The notes: generated by a model from the sequence alone, not told the origin. Positions 35,585-44,930 are shown, counted from the stretch's first letter. The stretch is DNA of 64,000 bases from an uncultured virus (IMG/VR IMGVR_UViG_3300031994_003577) (IMGVR_UViG_3300031994_003577:1-64000); one strand, 5' to 3'. Translations and numbers: made by a program.

Positions 35585-36520
35585 ATGGAATTTAAACGTA
35601 CTATAATTAAAGGTATGTCTGGTAATGATGTTCTATATATTAAAAATAAATTATTTGCTCTCGGAATGTATTCTGATAGAATTAAAAAAATTACCAATAA
35701 TAAATTTCGACAAGATAGTGTTGAAGCAACGAAAAAATTTCAAAAAGAATATAAAATTAATATAACTGGTACAGTATATAAAGAATGCTGGGATATGATA
35801 GTTGCCGCAGCGGATGGCCAGCCAATTCCAATCCCAACTCCAATCCCAACGCCTGTACCAACTCCAACAAAAGGTCTCCTTGATTCATGTACTTGGATTA
35901 GTCCAAAGAAACGTAAGTTAATTGAAGCGGATCTTTCTAAAGTAAGTGAGCTTCGTCGCAATATAGTATTGGATTTACTTAATTGGGCGTATGATCCTGA
36001 ATACCGTGAAGGAGATGTTCGCGCGCTTTATATGTGGGCAGAAAATTTATATAATAAAAAGTTAGAACCAAATTATGCAACTGCTGCGATGATACGGCGC
36101 GGCGCCGAAAAATATCCTACAAACTATGATGGTGGTAGAAAGGAATGGATGCTTGAACAAGTAGCAAAAAACTCCAAGCTTCCTGGCTCTGATTGCTCTG
36201 GATGTGAAGTAGGCTGGTTAAGAAAATTTAAGTTAACATCTAATACGTTTGATGCTAATTCTACAGCGCTTGCTAGTAAAAAGTACTCTGTACAAACAAC
36301 AAAAGAAGAAGCCCTTCCTGGCACTTTTATTCATCGTCCTGGCCATATTGGTACTTACGTTGGTGGTGGATATGTTGTTGAATTTGTAGGTGGCGCGTAT
36401 GGTTGCTAGTTAACTGCACGAGATAAGCGAAGAGTTTGGAATTTTATTGAACGAAAAATGCACACTTTTTCACCTTGGGAAGATTATTGGAATTTTAAGG
36501 AGCTATTAAAATATGACTGA
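35585..36520 (+). CDS. Endolysin-like: peptidoglycan-binding domain, Pro/Thr linker, NlpC/P60-type domain
   Basis: KGMSGNDV...KKFQ...ITG PG-binding pattern, PTPIPTP linker, DCSG and GHIG motifs. Extended through TAG at 36407-36409 to TGA. Confidence 0.75.
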
Positions 36521-36836
36521 AGTAAAAGATGATTTTATAAAAAAAGTATTAATTTTAATGTTTACTTTTCTTTTTATTTTTACTATTGGAATGATTGTCG
36601 TATTTTGTTTTTATGGGCAGACTCCAGATATACTTATTACTGCGGTATTTGCTGCTTGTGTTGGTGAATATTCAGTATGCGGTATGATAAAAAATCGAAA
36701 AGAAAAAGAAAAAACACTTCGTTTAGCAGCTAATACTGAAAACGAAGAAATAATACCAGAAGATGAAAATAAAGAACTTTATTATGAAGTCGCTAGCTTA
36801 CGTCTTGGCGATATAGAGGAGGAACCTGTTGATTAA
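36513..36836 (+). CDS. Two-TM membrane protein (holin-like)
   Basis: Two hydrophobic helices and an acidic tail, directly after the lysin. Confidence 0.55.
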   Translation: MTEVKDDFIKKVLILMFTFLFIFTIGMIVVFCFYGQTPDILITAVFAACVGEYSVCGMIKNRKEKEKTLRLAANTENEEIIPEDENKELYYEVASLRLGDIEEEPVD

Positions 36837-37249
36837 TGGATAGTAGTTTTTGGATGAAGATTTTAGCGCAATTATTAGAAGGATTAGTGCCAGTAGCTAT
36901 TATTGTAATTGGTATAGCAATTAGACAAGTTTTGGTTAAGAATAATGCTTCTAAAGAACAAATTGCACTCGTTGATGGGGCTTATGAGATTCTTGCAAGA
37001 GCCGCGCGCACCACAAATCAGATTTGGGTCGAAGCCATAAAATTAGCAAATGGTAGTTTAACTGAAGAGCAAGCTGCGAAAGCTCGTCGTGATACGACAG
37101 AAGTATTTAAGCAAATGATAACTGAAGCAACAAAATATGCTATAGAAGCAGCTTATGGCTCTATTGAAAATTATGTTAACATTTATCTTGAAAGTGCAGT
37201 TAATTCTGTAAAGGATATTTATGTACCAATTTCCGAAGAAAAAGAATAA
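36836..37249 (+). CDS. Holin-like protein (LL-H type)
   Basis: N-terminal TM, AARTTNQ and C-terminal LESAV pattern. Confidence 0.6.
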   Translation: MDSSFWMKILAQLLEGLVPVAIIVIGIAIRQVLVKNNASKEQIALVDGAYEILARAARTTNQIWVEAIKLANGSLTEEQAAKARRDTTEVFKQMITEATKYAIEAAYGSIENYVNIYLESAVNSVKDIYVPISEEKE

Positions 37250-37312
37250 AATTTGACTTTTTTAAAAAAATAATATATTTACGCGCACGCGAGCGCGTAT
37301 AAATAATATGAA

Positions 37313-37346
37313 GAGAAAGATCTAAAATTTAGGTCTTTCTTTTTTT
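37313..37346 (+). terminator. Intrinsic terminator after lysis genes
   Basis: GAAAGATCTAAA/TTTAGGTCTTTC hairpin plus T run. Confidence 0.6.
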
Positions 37347-37373
37347 GATTTTTTTTGAAAATTTTGCTATACT
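37345..37373 (+). promoter_or_regulatory. Sigma70/sigmaA-type promoter
   Basis: TTGATT-N17-TATACT with extended TG, followed by the phage ATATATAGAAA element. Confidence 0.7.
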
Positions 37374-37385
37374 ATATATAGAAAA

Positions 37386-37430
37386 AAGATGTGAGCAGCA
37401 AATATAAAAGGCGCAATTAAAAACATCTTG
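37386..37430 (+). promoter_or_regulatory. CAGCAA stem motif in the 5' leader of the TROVE-like gene
   Basis: AAGATGT-GAG-CAGCAA...ACATCTT-G, immediately before the AAAGGAG RBS. Confidence 0.6.
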
Positions 37431-37442
37431 AAAGGAGTTAAT

Positions 37443-38936
37443 ATGAATAAATTTATTGAATCAGCTAATGAATTGTCCTCCCGTAAGTTAACTGAAAATG
37501 GCGCGCTTGCTTATAATACTACTAATGGTGGAGCTTTGCTTGACCTTTTTGGTATTGTAGGTGCTATGCGTACCAGAACCGAAAAAGAAATTAGTGACGC
37601 TTTTGCAGAAGCTTTTAATGAAGATCGCGCATTGGCAATGCGACTTATGTTTTATACACGTAATGCGCGCGGTGGCCTTGGTGAACGTAGAACTTTTCGC
37701 ATTATGCTTAATTGGCTTTGCAATAATAATCCTACTCTTGCTATTGCTAATATTCCTAATGTAGTGGAATTTGGCAGATTTGATGATCTTTATGAGTATC
37801 TTGATACTCCGGCAGAAGCAGAAATGTGGAGTTGGATGTTTGCGCGACTTAATGACGATTATGAGAAGATGCTTGCTCATAAGCCGATTTCTCTTCTTGC
37901 AAAATGGATGAAGTCCATTAATACTGCTAGTGAAGAATCTCGTAAGCTCGCGCGCAGAACCATGAAGGGGCTTGGTTTTAAGTCTGAAAAGCAGTATCGT
38001 AAAGTGCTCGCGCGCATGCGTGAGTATCTTAATGTTACTGAACATCAGATGAGCGCGCAGGAATGGAATAAGATTAATTATTCTCAAGTTCCGGCTTATG
38101 CGATTAAGAACTATGGTTCTGCATTTGCAAAGCATGATTTTGATCGTTGGAATCAGTATCTTAATGCTCTTAAGAATAACGAAAAGGGTGTTAAGGTTAA
38201 TGCGAGTACATTGTATCCTTATGATCTTGTAGAAAAGATTTCTACAAATTCTGCCTGGAGCATAAGCTTTAAGTACGATGAATTGACTGAACAGCAGTGG
38301 AAGGCTTTGCCTAATTACATTGAAGACGGCGCGAATGTGCTTGTTATGGCAGACGTTAGTGGCTCTATGGCTGGGCGGCCAATGGCTACTTCGATTGGAC
38401 TTGCAAATTATTTTGCACAGCGTAATCATGGTGAGTTTGCGGGATTGTATCTTACTTTCACGCATAATCCGAAATATATTAAGGTAAAACCGTATGAAAC
38501 TCTTCAGTCCATGTGCGAGAAGGCTTTTACTGATGTTGGGTACAATACTAATCTTGATAAAGCTTTTGAGCTGGTATATAATACTGCGGTTCGTAATAAC
38601 GTTCCGGCAGAAGATATGCCCCGCGCGCTTGTTGTAATTTCAGATATGGAGATTGACTGTTATATGCGAGCCAATTCTAATCTTGATTTTGTAACTAAGT
38701 GGAAGCGCAAATTCCAAGAAGCTGGATATGAAATTCCGCAGCTCGTTTTTTGGAACGTGGAAGCACGTGCGAATACTTATATTGGTACTGCGCGCGAAGG
38801 AGTTAAATATCTTAGTGGTTCTTCTGCTTCAGTATTTCGTGATCTTATCAGTACATTGAATTGTAAGTCTGCATATGATGCTATGCTTACGGTGCTTATG
38901 AATCCGATGTATGATAAGGTTATTACTAAGGTGTAA
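37443..38936 (+). CDS. TROVE/Ro60-like helical plus vWA protein (DUF2828-like)
   Basis: TENGA, RNARGGLGER, GRFDDL, LAKWM, LYPYD, MIDAS DVSGSM, ISDME, FWN. Start set at the ATG after AAAGGAG. Confidence 0.75.
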   Translation: MNKFIESANELSSRKLTENGALAYNTTNGGALLDLFGIVGAMRTRTEKEISDAFAEAFNEDRALAMRLMFYTRNARGGLGERRTFRIMLNWLCNNNPTLAIANIPNVVEFGRFDDLYEYLDTPAEAEMWSWMFARLNDDYEKMLAHKPISLLAKWMKSINTASEESRKLARRTMKGLGFKSEKQYRKVLARMREYLNVTEHQMSAQEWNKINYSQVPAYAIKNYGSAFAKHDFDRWNQYLNALKNNEKGVKVNASTLYPYDLVEKISTNSAWSISFKYDELTEQQWKALPNYIEDGANVLVMADVSGSMAGRPMATSIGLANYFAQRNHGEFAGLYLTFTHNPKYIKVKPYETLQSMCEKAFTDVGYNTNLDKAFELVYNTAVRNNVPAEDMPRALVVISDMEIDCYMRANSNLDFVTKWKRKFQEAGYEIPQLVFWNVEARANTYIGTAREGVKYLSGSSASVFRDLISTLNCKSAYDAMLTVLMNPMYDKVITKV

Positions 38937-38937
38937 T

Positions 38938-39129
38938 ATGGAAGATTTTATTATACTTCATCAAAGATTTGGAGGAGGGAAGCCAATTTATGTGCGTCCC
39001 TCTCATATTTGTGCAATATGGAAATCCAGTACATTTGATATGGATACTATTATTTTAGTAAATAATACTACATATGAAGTAGAAGAATCTCCAGAAGAAG
39101 TGCGTGCATTAGCTTCGCGCAGTTATTAA
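38938..39129 (+). CDS. Small FlbD-like protein
   Basis: IYVRPSHI...TIILVN..YEVEESPEEV pattern. Confidence 0.45.
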   Translation: MEDFIILHQRFGGGKPIYVRPSHICAIWKSSTFDMDTIILVNNTTYEVEESPEEVRALASRSY

Positions 39130-39199
39130 CAGAGTAAATTTGCAATTTTTCAAATTTTATGATATAATATATATAGAAAATGAAAAGGAGATTAGTTAA

Positions 39200-39487
39200 A
39201 TGGCGAAGCAGGCAACTTATAAGGTGGAATTTGGATTTGATGAATTGAGTTTGGCAGAACAAGATAGATTTTATCAAAAGTTTATTTCAGTCCTCGACCA
39301 AAATTTAAAGGATGCTTTGCATATTAAAATTACCGATCTTGTTGGTGGTCAGCACGATCCTTTTTTGAATAAAGGTATTCGACCTGATGGTATTGAATGC
39401 GCGAAATGCTATAATGTAGACTGCGCGCGGTGTAAATATTGGAATAAAATTAAAGAAATGAAAGAAATGGAGAACGAAAATGAGTAA
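39200..39487 (+). CDS. Hypothetical protein with C-terminal Cys cluster
   Basis: Promoter plus AAGGAG RBS. Confidence 0.6.
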   Translation: MAKQATYKVEFGFDELSLAEQDRFYQKFISVLDQNLKDALHIKITDLVGGQHDPFLNKGIRPDGIECAKCYNVDCARCKYWNKIKEMKEMENENE

Positions 39488-39935
39488 GTATGAAATTTAT
39501 GTAAATGAGCCGCTTGGCGTGGTTGTAGCGAAGATGTCGCGGAAGGCCTTTTATGATGAGGTCTTTAATGTTGCGATGCGAAAACTTTTGAACAAATACC
39601 AGAATACAATGCTTGGAGGCGTAACCTGGTTCAACTTTTTTGAAGATTGGGTTAGAAGCTTCTTTGAAAGATGGACTAAAAGTCGTTCAGCCGAAAAAAG
39701 TATTGTAACAGTGGCTAAATGCAATTACGAAGATGGCGATAATTTTGATGAAACTCTTGGTAGATATATCGCCACAGATCGTATGGATGCAAAGATTGCA
39801 AATACTGCCTTTATTTTTCTTTCTGATTTTGATTATGAAATGCGAGAGTTTCTAGGTGATGTAAATAAGACTCTTGACAAGTTGGGAGTTTTTATTGACA
39901 AAACTTTCGATCATATTGAAGAATTGGCAAAGTAA
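39480..39935 (+). CDS. Hypothetical phage protein
   Basis: Coupled ORF containing VAKC...DNFDETLG. Confidence 0.6.
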   Translation: MSKYEIYVNEPLGVVVAKMSRKAFYDEVFNVAMRKLLNKYQNTMLGGVTWFNFFEDWVRSFFERWTKSRSAEKSIVTVAKCNYEDGDNFDETLGRYIATDRMDAKIANTAFIFLSDFDYEMREFLGDVNKTLDKLGVFIDKTFDHIEELAK

Positions 39936-39939
39936 AATT

Positions 39940-39968
39940 TTGATTTTCTTTTAAAATTTTGATATAAT
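39940..39968 (+). promoter_or_regulatory. Promoter upstream of the amber suppressor tRNA
   Basis: TTGATT-N17-TATAAT with extended TG. Confidence 0.75.
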
Positions 39969-40010
39969 ATTTACATAAGATTTGAGAGAATAAAATATTC
40001 TCTCTTCTAT

Positions 40011-40087
40011 TGGGGAGTAGCCAAATTGGGAAGGCGCCGGTCTCTAAAATCGGTCATGTCTGGGTTCGAACCCCAGCTCCCCCGCCA
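40011..40087 (+). tRNA. tRNA-Sup(CTA), Gln-type amber-decoding tRNA
   Basis: Cloverleaf with anticodon arm CCGGT-CT CTA AA-ATCGG; TGGGG 5' end, GCCAA D-arm, G73 and encoded CCA resemble tRNA-Gln. Confidence 0.92.
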
Positions 40088-40091
40088 CTAT

Positions 40092-40174
40092 GCGCGAGTG
40101 GTGGAACGGCATACACAACAGACTTAAAATCTGTCGGCGAAAGCTTGCGGGTTCAAATCCCGCCTCGCGCACCA
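40092..40174 (+). tRNA. tRNA-Leu(TAA)
   Basis: ACAGA-CTTAAAA-TCTGT, long variable arm, CCA. Confidence 0.92.
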
Positions 40175-40197
40175 ACACCTTATTAAAGGAGTAATAT

Positions 40198-40425
40198 ATG
40201 AAAGTTATATTTACTTATGCTATTCAATATGATATAGATATACCCGAAGAGGATTTATCTAACTTAAAAGAACAAGGTCATGGTGATTTACATCGTATAA
40301 GTGGCCTTTTTACAGACTATGCTGAAAAGCATGATAGTAGACTCGCACATTGCATTGAGTGGTGCGATGACGCAGAAGTAATCGATATTATTACTGAAGA
40401 TAACGAAGAAATCTATATTGGTTAA
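40198..40425 (+). CDS. Hypothetical protein
   Basis: AAGGAG RBS, 75 aa. Confidence 0.55.
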   Translation: MKVIFTYAIQYDIDIPEEDLSNLKEQGHGDLHRISGLFTDYAEKHDSRLAHCIEWCDDAEVIDIITEDNEEIYIG

Positions 40426-40436
40426 GAGGATTTTTT

Positions 40437-40883
40437 ATGCCGAAAATTTATCTTGCTGGTTCTTGTAGTTCTGAAAAGCGTACAATGATGCAGAAGATTG
40501 CAGCACGTTTGCGTGAATGTAGTTATGAAGTGTATTGTCCTTTTGAATTAAAGATTCCTAATGCGTGGGACATGCCTCAGGAAGATTGGGCGCAAAAAGT
40601 TTTTGAAGCAGATCTAAAACACTTAGATGAATGTGATATTTTTCTAATGATTACCTCTGGGCGCAACAGTACTGCTGGAACTAATTGGGAGCAAGGCTAC
40701 GTTTATGCTAAACATAAACGTATTATTGTGGTGCAATATACCGAAGAAGAAACAAGTCTTATGACTTATTGTGGTTGCGATGATTTTGTAAATACAAAAA
40801 CAAAATATATTGCAGAAGATATAGTCTTAGCACTTCATGGTGGGTATGGCGTTGCAAAAAAGTGTAAAACTATTCTAACGTAA
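40437..40883 (+). CDS. Nucleoside 2-deoxyribosyltransferase-like protein
   Basis: KIYLAG, VYCP, VFEADL..LDECD, GTNWEQGY. Confidence 0.8.
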   Translation: MPKIYLAGSCSSEKRTMMQKIAARLRECSYEVYCPFELKIPNAWDMPQEDWAQKVFEADLKHLDECDIFLMITSGRNSTAGTNWEQGYVYAKHKRIIVVQYTEEETSLMTYCGCDDFVNTKTKYIAEDIVLALHGGYGVAKKCKTILT

Positions 40884-40884
40884 T

Positions 40885-40959
40885 GCGCTTGTAGCTCAGC
40901 GGAAGAGCACGAGCCTTCTAAGCTCGGTGCCGTGTGTCCGAATCACGCCAGGCGCGCCA
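40885..40959 (+). tRNA. tRNA-Arg(TCT)
   Basis: CGAGC-CTTCTAA-GCTCG, CCA. Confidence 0.88.
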
Positions 40960-41095
40960 ACCCTTGGTTTATGGGGATAGTCCGGAATGTCGATAAACCA
41001 CGGAGCCTTCACCGTTTTTTTCATTGAAGGGTAGCAGTACTCGCTATGAGAAGAGGGCCTTGCGGCGGGTCCGAAAGAAGTACAGCCGCTTACAT

Positions 41096-41184
41096 GGGAG
41101 AGTAGCGCGCTAAAGTAGACGCTCCGGTCTGTAAAACCGGAATCCTTTGGGTCCGAGTGGGTGCGATTCCCTCCTCTCCCACCA
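41096..41184 (+). tRNA. tRNA-Tyr(GTA)
   Basis: CCGGT-CTGTAAA-ACCGG, long variable arm, CCA; atypical D-loop. Confidence 0.82.
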
Positions 41185-41187
41185 CTT

Positions 41188-41264
41188 ACTCTTGTAGCCC
41201 AACTGGCAGAGGCATATAGCTAAGGACCATAGTAGTGTGAGTTCGATTCCTGCACCGCGTGCCA
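41188..41264 (+). pseudogene. Degenerate tRNA-like sequence (apparent AAG loop)
   Basis: D-arm TAGCCCAACTGGCAGAGGC, GTTCGATTC and CCA present, but the acceptor and T stems pair poorly. Confidence 0.45.
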
Positions 41265-41265
41265 A

Positions 41266-41340
41266 GGCCTGAACCCTCGTCGGCCGGGGATAGGTCTGCA
41301 AAACCTTTGTTAGTGGGTTCAACTCCCACTCAGGCCTCCA
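41266..41340 (+). tRNA. tRNA-Cys(GCA)
   Basis: AGGT-CTGCAAA-ACCT, GGCCTGA/TCAGGCC acceptor, U73, CCA. Confidence 0.82.
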
Positions 41341-41344
41341 ATAT

Positions 41345-41420
41345 GCGCGCTTAACTCAGTTGGAAGAGTACTTCGTTTACACCGAAGATGTCGGCGGTTC
41401 AAGCCCGTCAGTGCGCACCA
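41345..41420 (+). tRNA. tRNA-Val(TAC)
   Basis: CTTCG-TTTACAC-CGAAG, CCA. Confidence 0.9.
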
Positions 41421-41515
41421 TTGGAAAGTAACAGATTCACCCATAGTATCGCGCGAAACGTATGGGAATGGTAGGAAATATTTATAACTTTGAGGCTGTT
41501 ACTATAAGTTATTAT

Positions 41516-41590
41516 AAGGACCTGGTGCAATGGCTAGCATTACTGTCTCCAAAACAGTCGATCTCCGTTCGAGTCGGAGGGTTCTTGCCA
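41516..41590 (+). tRNA. tRNA-Trp(CCA)
   Basis: ACTGT-CTCCAAA-ACAGT, CCA. Confidence 0.85.
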
Positions 41591-41605
41591 TTTTAAAGGA
41601 GAAAA

Positions 41606-42121
41606 ATGAATCGTTGGATAATTGCTGATACACATTTTGGACATAAAAACGTAATTAAATATTGTAATCGTCCGTATTCTTCAGTAGAAGAAATGGATAA
41701 AATTTTAATTACGAATTGGAATAAAGAAGTCGCGCCGGATGATATAGTATATCATCTTGGCGATTTTGCTTTATCTGCTGATAAGGAGTATATTTCTTCT
41801 ATTGTCGCGTAGCTAAATGGAAGAATTGTACTTATTATGGGCAATCATGATTAGAAAACACATAAATGGTATTTAGATTGCGGTTTTGAAAATTCAACAC
41901 GAAAACCTATGATTGTAGACGATAATATTATACTTATGCACGAGCCGCCAAAAGAACATTATATTGTTCCAGAATTTTTCTATGTATTTGGTCATGTGCA
42001 TGAAAAAAAGTGTATCGCAGATGAATATAGTAATTGTAAATGTGTAAGTGTTGAAAGAATAGATTATAAACCGCTTAATTTCAAAAAGATACTTTTTGAA
42101 AGAAATGCACATTGTGAATAA
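41606..42121 (+). CDS. Calcineurin-like metallophosphoesterase
   Basis: DTHFGH, HLGD, GNHD, HEP, GHVH; joined via two TAGs. Confidence 0.88.
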
Positions 42122-42139
42122 ATAAGTAGGAGAATTACT

Positions 42140-43321
42140 ATGAGTGGGACAATTTCTAGAGGTATTCGCGCCCCGATTATAAAAGCTGGTGACAATATTG
42201 TAAAGACAGTTGTAAACGCTGTTTTAGATGCCTAGTATAATGATGGATTTTAGTTAAAAAATCGTGATATTATTGCAGTAACTGAATCTGTTGTTGCGCG
42301 CGCCGATAATAACTATTGTAGTGTAGATGATATTGCGTATGATATACATAAGAAATTTGGTGATGAAGTTGGAGTCGTTTTTCCAATTTTAAGTCGAAAT
42401 CGTTTTGCTATTTGTTTACGTGGTATCGCGCGCGGAGTAAAAAAAGTTGTTATTTAGCTATCTTTTCCATCTGATGAAGAAGGAAATCGTCTTATTACCG
42501 AAAATTAGCTTCTATATTCTGGAGTAAATCCATATACAGAAGTTTTAAGTGAAAGGCAATTTCATGCGCTTTTTGGTGAAACAAAGCATCCTTTTACTGG
42601 AATAGATTATATTTAGTATTATCGAGAAATAGTGGAAGAAGAAGGCGCTGAAGTAAAAATTATTTTTAGTAATGATCCAACCGCTATTCTTTCTGAAACA
42701 GATCAAATTTTATGTGCTAATATTCATGATCGTTGGCTAACAAAGCAGCAAATTTATGATATTGGTGAAGCAAAGGCTATATATACTTTGGAAGATATTA
42801 TGCGCGAACCGCATAACGGAAGTGGTTATAATAAGCAATATGGATTGCTAGGATCAAACAAGGCTACAGAAACAACTATAAAACTTTTCCCTAAAAATGC
42901 CTTCGAAGTAGCTTACGGTATTCAAGAAGAATATTACAATAGAACTGGTATAAAAATTGAAGCTATGGTATATGGTGACGGCGCATTTAAAGATCCGTAG
43001 TGTAAAATTTGGGAACTTGCCGATCCTGTTGTGGCGCCAGGCTTTACGAACGGTTTGGTTGGGCATCCAAATGAATTGAAGCTAAAATATCTTGCTGATA
43101 ATGAATATAGTGATATTAGTGGGGAAGAATTAGAAGAAGCAATTCGTGAGCGCATCAGAGCAAAAGATGAAGATCTTGTTGGACAAATGGTTTCACAAGG
43201 TACTACACCGCGCGATTATAGAGATTTAATCGGTTCTCTTTGTGATTTAACAAGCGGTAGTGGTGATAAAGGTACGCCAATCGTTGTTGTACAAAACTAC
43301 TTTGATAATTTCACTAGTTGA
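42140..43321 (+). CDS. CofE-like (F420-0:gamma-glutamyl ligase family) protein
   Basis: PIIKAGD, AVTESVVARA, YGDGAFKDP(TAG)CKIWELADP, DLIGSLCDLTSGSGDKGTP; several TAGs read through. Confidence 0.78.
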
Positions 43322-43386
43322 AATTTTGCTTTTTTCTTAAAACTTTAGTATAATATATATAGAAAGTTGAGAAAGGAAGCGAAAAC

Positions 43387-43590
43387 ATGGACGAGTACGA
43401 ACAGAAACTTCAATGGTATCATAAGTATATTGAAGATCATGAAAATGATACCGCGCGCCGTGTGCGTGAGTATTGCAGCTATCTGAAGCGCTGGTTTAGT
43501 AATGGAAGATGCGATGGTGCGCCGGATTATGCGACTCGATACTTATGGAAACGTACTCCTATGTCGTATAATCAATACTTTATTGAGTAA
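43387..43590 (+). CDS. Hypothetical protein
   Basis: Own promoter and AAAGGA RBS. Confidence 0.55.
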   Translation: MDEYEQKLQWYHKYIEDHENDTARRVREYCSYLKRWFSNGRCDGAPDYATRYLWKRTPMSYNQYFIE

Positions 43591-43609
43591 AATATATTAA
43601 TCTTAAATT

Positions 43610-43638
43610 TTGATTTTGAATAAAATTTTTGATATAAT
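43610..43638 (+). promoter_or_regulatory. Promoter upstream of a long non-coding region
   Basis: TTGATT-N17-TATAAT. Confidence 0.75.
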
Positions 43639-43649
43639 ATATATAGAAA

Positions 43650-44375
43650 GTTTGAGAGAACTTCAAAAACTCACGTCCTTTTGTGAGTTGGGACGTTAAA
43701 TATTAACTACAGCGTTAACACGGATTTAGCACTTAAACTACCACTGGCCAAGGCATTTAAGAAACGATAATCAGAGATGGTTATCCTCTTTCCAAACTTG
43801 TAAGTCCTGGATATGTGGCATGAATGAGCGGAAAACGCTATACCAAAAGAAGCGAAGTAAAGTGCATTTTTCTTGGTTCCAGTAGTGCCAGTTTAACTGG
43901 GTATCCTGAAGTTAAAGCGAGCCTGAAGTCGAGGGTCTCCGCCAAGAACCGCCGTTCCGGACAGCGGGATATAAATACTTAAAGGCCGGCGTGAAGCAAT
44001 CCTTCGACATGGGAAAGATTTAATATCGCTCTCTATTAGTTATGCGCGAGAGACTTGGACAGCCATAAAGGTATTCCACATAAGACAAGTTGTGGTTGGT
44101 ATCGACATAGGACGCGCAACTGCGCTAATAGACCGCAAGTTCGTAATAGTCTATTATGTGCTGAAAAACGAGATGGGAGGGAATTTCTATTGCGCCCTCG
44201 CTTAGATGGATTAGCTATCCTAACACTAAGAATCGTGGAATAAATGTTACCACACTCGTCATACAGCGTAGGCATAATGAGCAGCAATGCGGTAATACCG
44301 TGCGCACGGTAGCAAAGTTACCCTGGCTCCCCAGTAAGATCTGACACGAGGTCTGGGTTATCAAAATCTCAAGTA
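43650..44375 (+). ncRNA. Candidate large structured ncRNA (~720 nt)
   Basis: Promoter-driven, GC-richer than flanking intergenic DNA, many complementary segments, no RBS-supported ORF, ends at tRNA-Asp. Confidence 0.5.
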
Positions 44376-44376
44376 T

Positions 44377-44451
44377 GGTTCTATCGTATAGTGGAAATTA
44401 TGTCGGACTGTCGATCCGAAGACCAGAGTTCAATTCTCTGTGGAACCGCCA
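44377..44451 (+). tRNA. tRNA-Asp(GTC)
   Basis: TCGGA-CTGTCGA-TCCGA, CCA. Confidence 0.87.
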
Positions 44452-44452
44452 T

Positions 44453-44579
44453 AAGATACGTACAGCAAATGTATTTCTTTGATTTAGGGAATCCGTTGTC
44501 GTTGGTTCGAGTCCGACTCTCCCCGTCATGGGGAGATAGCTCAGTTGGTAGAGCGCGAATAGAAAAAAAACGTATCTTG
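44453..44579 (+). ncRNA. YrlA/Y-RNA-like circularly permuted tRNA mimic
   Basis: Terminal stem AAGATACG/CGTATCTT encloses, in order, a T-arm (GTTGG-TTCGAGT-CCGAC), a loop-closed acceptor stem (TCTCCCC-GTCAT-GGGGAGA) and a D-arm (GCTC-AGTTGGTA-GAGC). Confidence 0.75.
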
Positions 44580-44586
44580 TAATTAT

Positions 44587-44664
44587 CGGGGTGTAGGGTA
44601 AGAGGCAACCCGCCTGTTTTGGGGACAGGAGATTTTGCTACTTCGAGTGTAGTCGCCCCGACCA
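44587..44664 (+). tRNA. tRNA-Pro(TGG)
   Basis: CGGGGTG start, CCTGT-TTTGGGG-ACAGG, CCA. Confidence 0.85.
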
Positions 44665-44729
44665 GGGTTCCGAGTGTGCGAAGTCGAAAGATTGGGGTTA
44701 AGCACAGCCCCGCTCGGGGAGACCCGCCT

Positions 44730-44803
44730 CCGCTATTCGTATAACAGTAGTACTCCAGCCTTCCAAGCTGGCGGCACGAGGGCGGCACTCGTATGGCGGT
44801 CCA
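44730..44803 (+). tRNA. tRNA-Gly(TCC), atypical D/T loops
   Basis: CCAGC-CTTCCAA-GCTGG, U73, CCA; T-loop GGCGGCA and no D-loop GG. Confidence 0.72.
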
Positions 44804-44930
44804 GTTTCGGACAATGCAGTTTCATTGCTGTCGGTGTTTTAAGATTTGACCGAAACTCAAATCTTAATTTTGACTTTTCTCAAAATTTGTGGTATAATAT
44901 ATATACAGAATGAGAAAGGAACGAAATTCA

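Noticed and set aside
37488..38465. 325-aa minus-strand ORF, and other long antisense or off-frame ORFs (e.g. 53794-54600, 16813-17214)
   Set aside because: Shadows of well-supported genes on the other strand or frame; no RBS or motifs.
44276..44295. GAGCAGCAAT as a sixth CAGCAA-stem copy
   Set aside because: It lacks the RAGA.../...TCTYG flanking stem.
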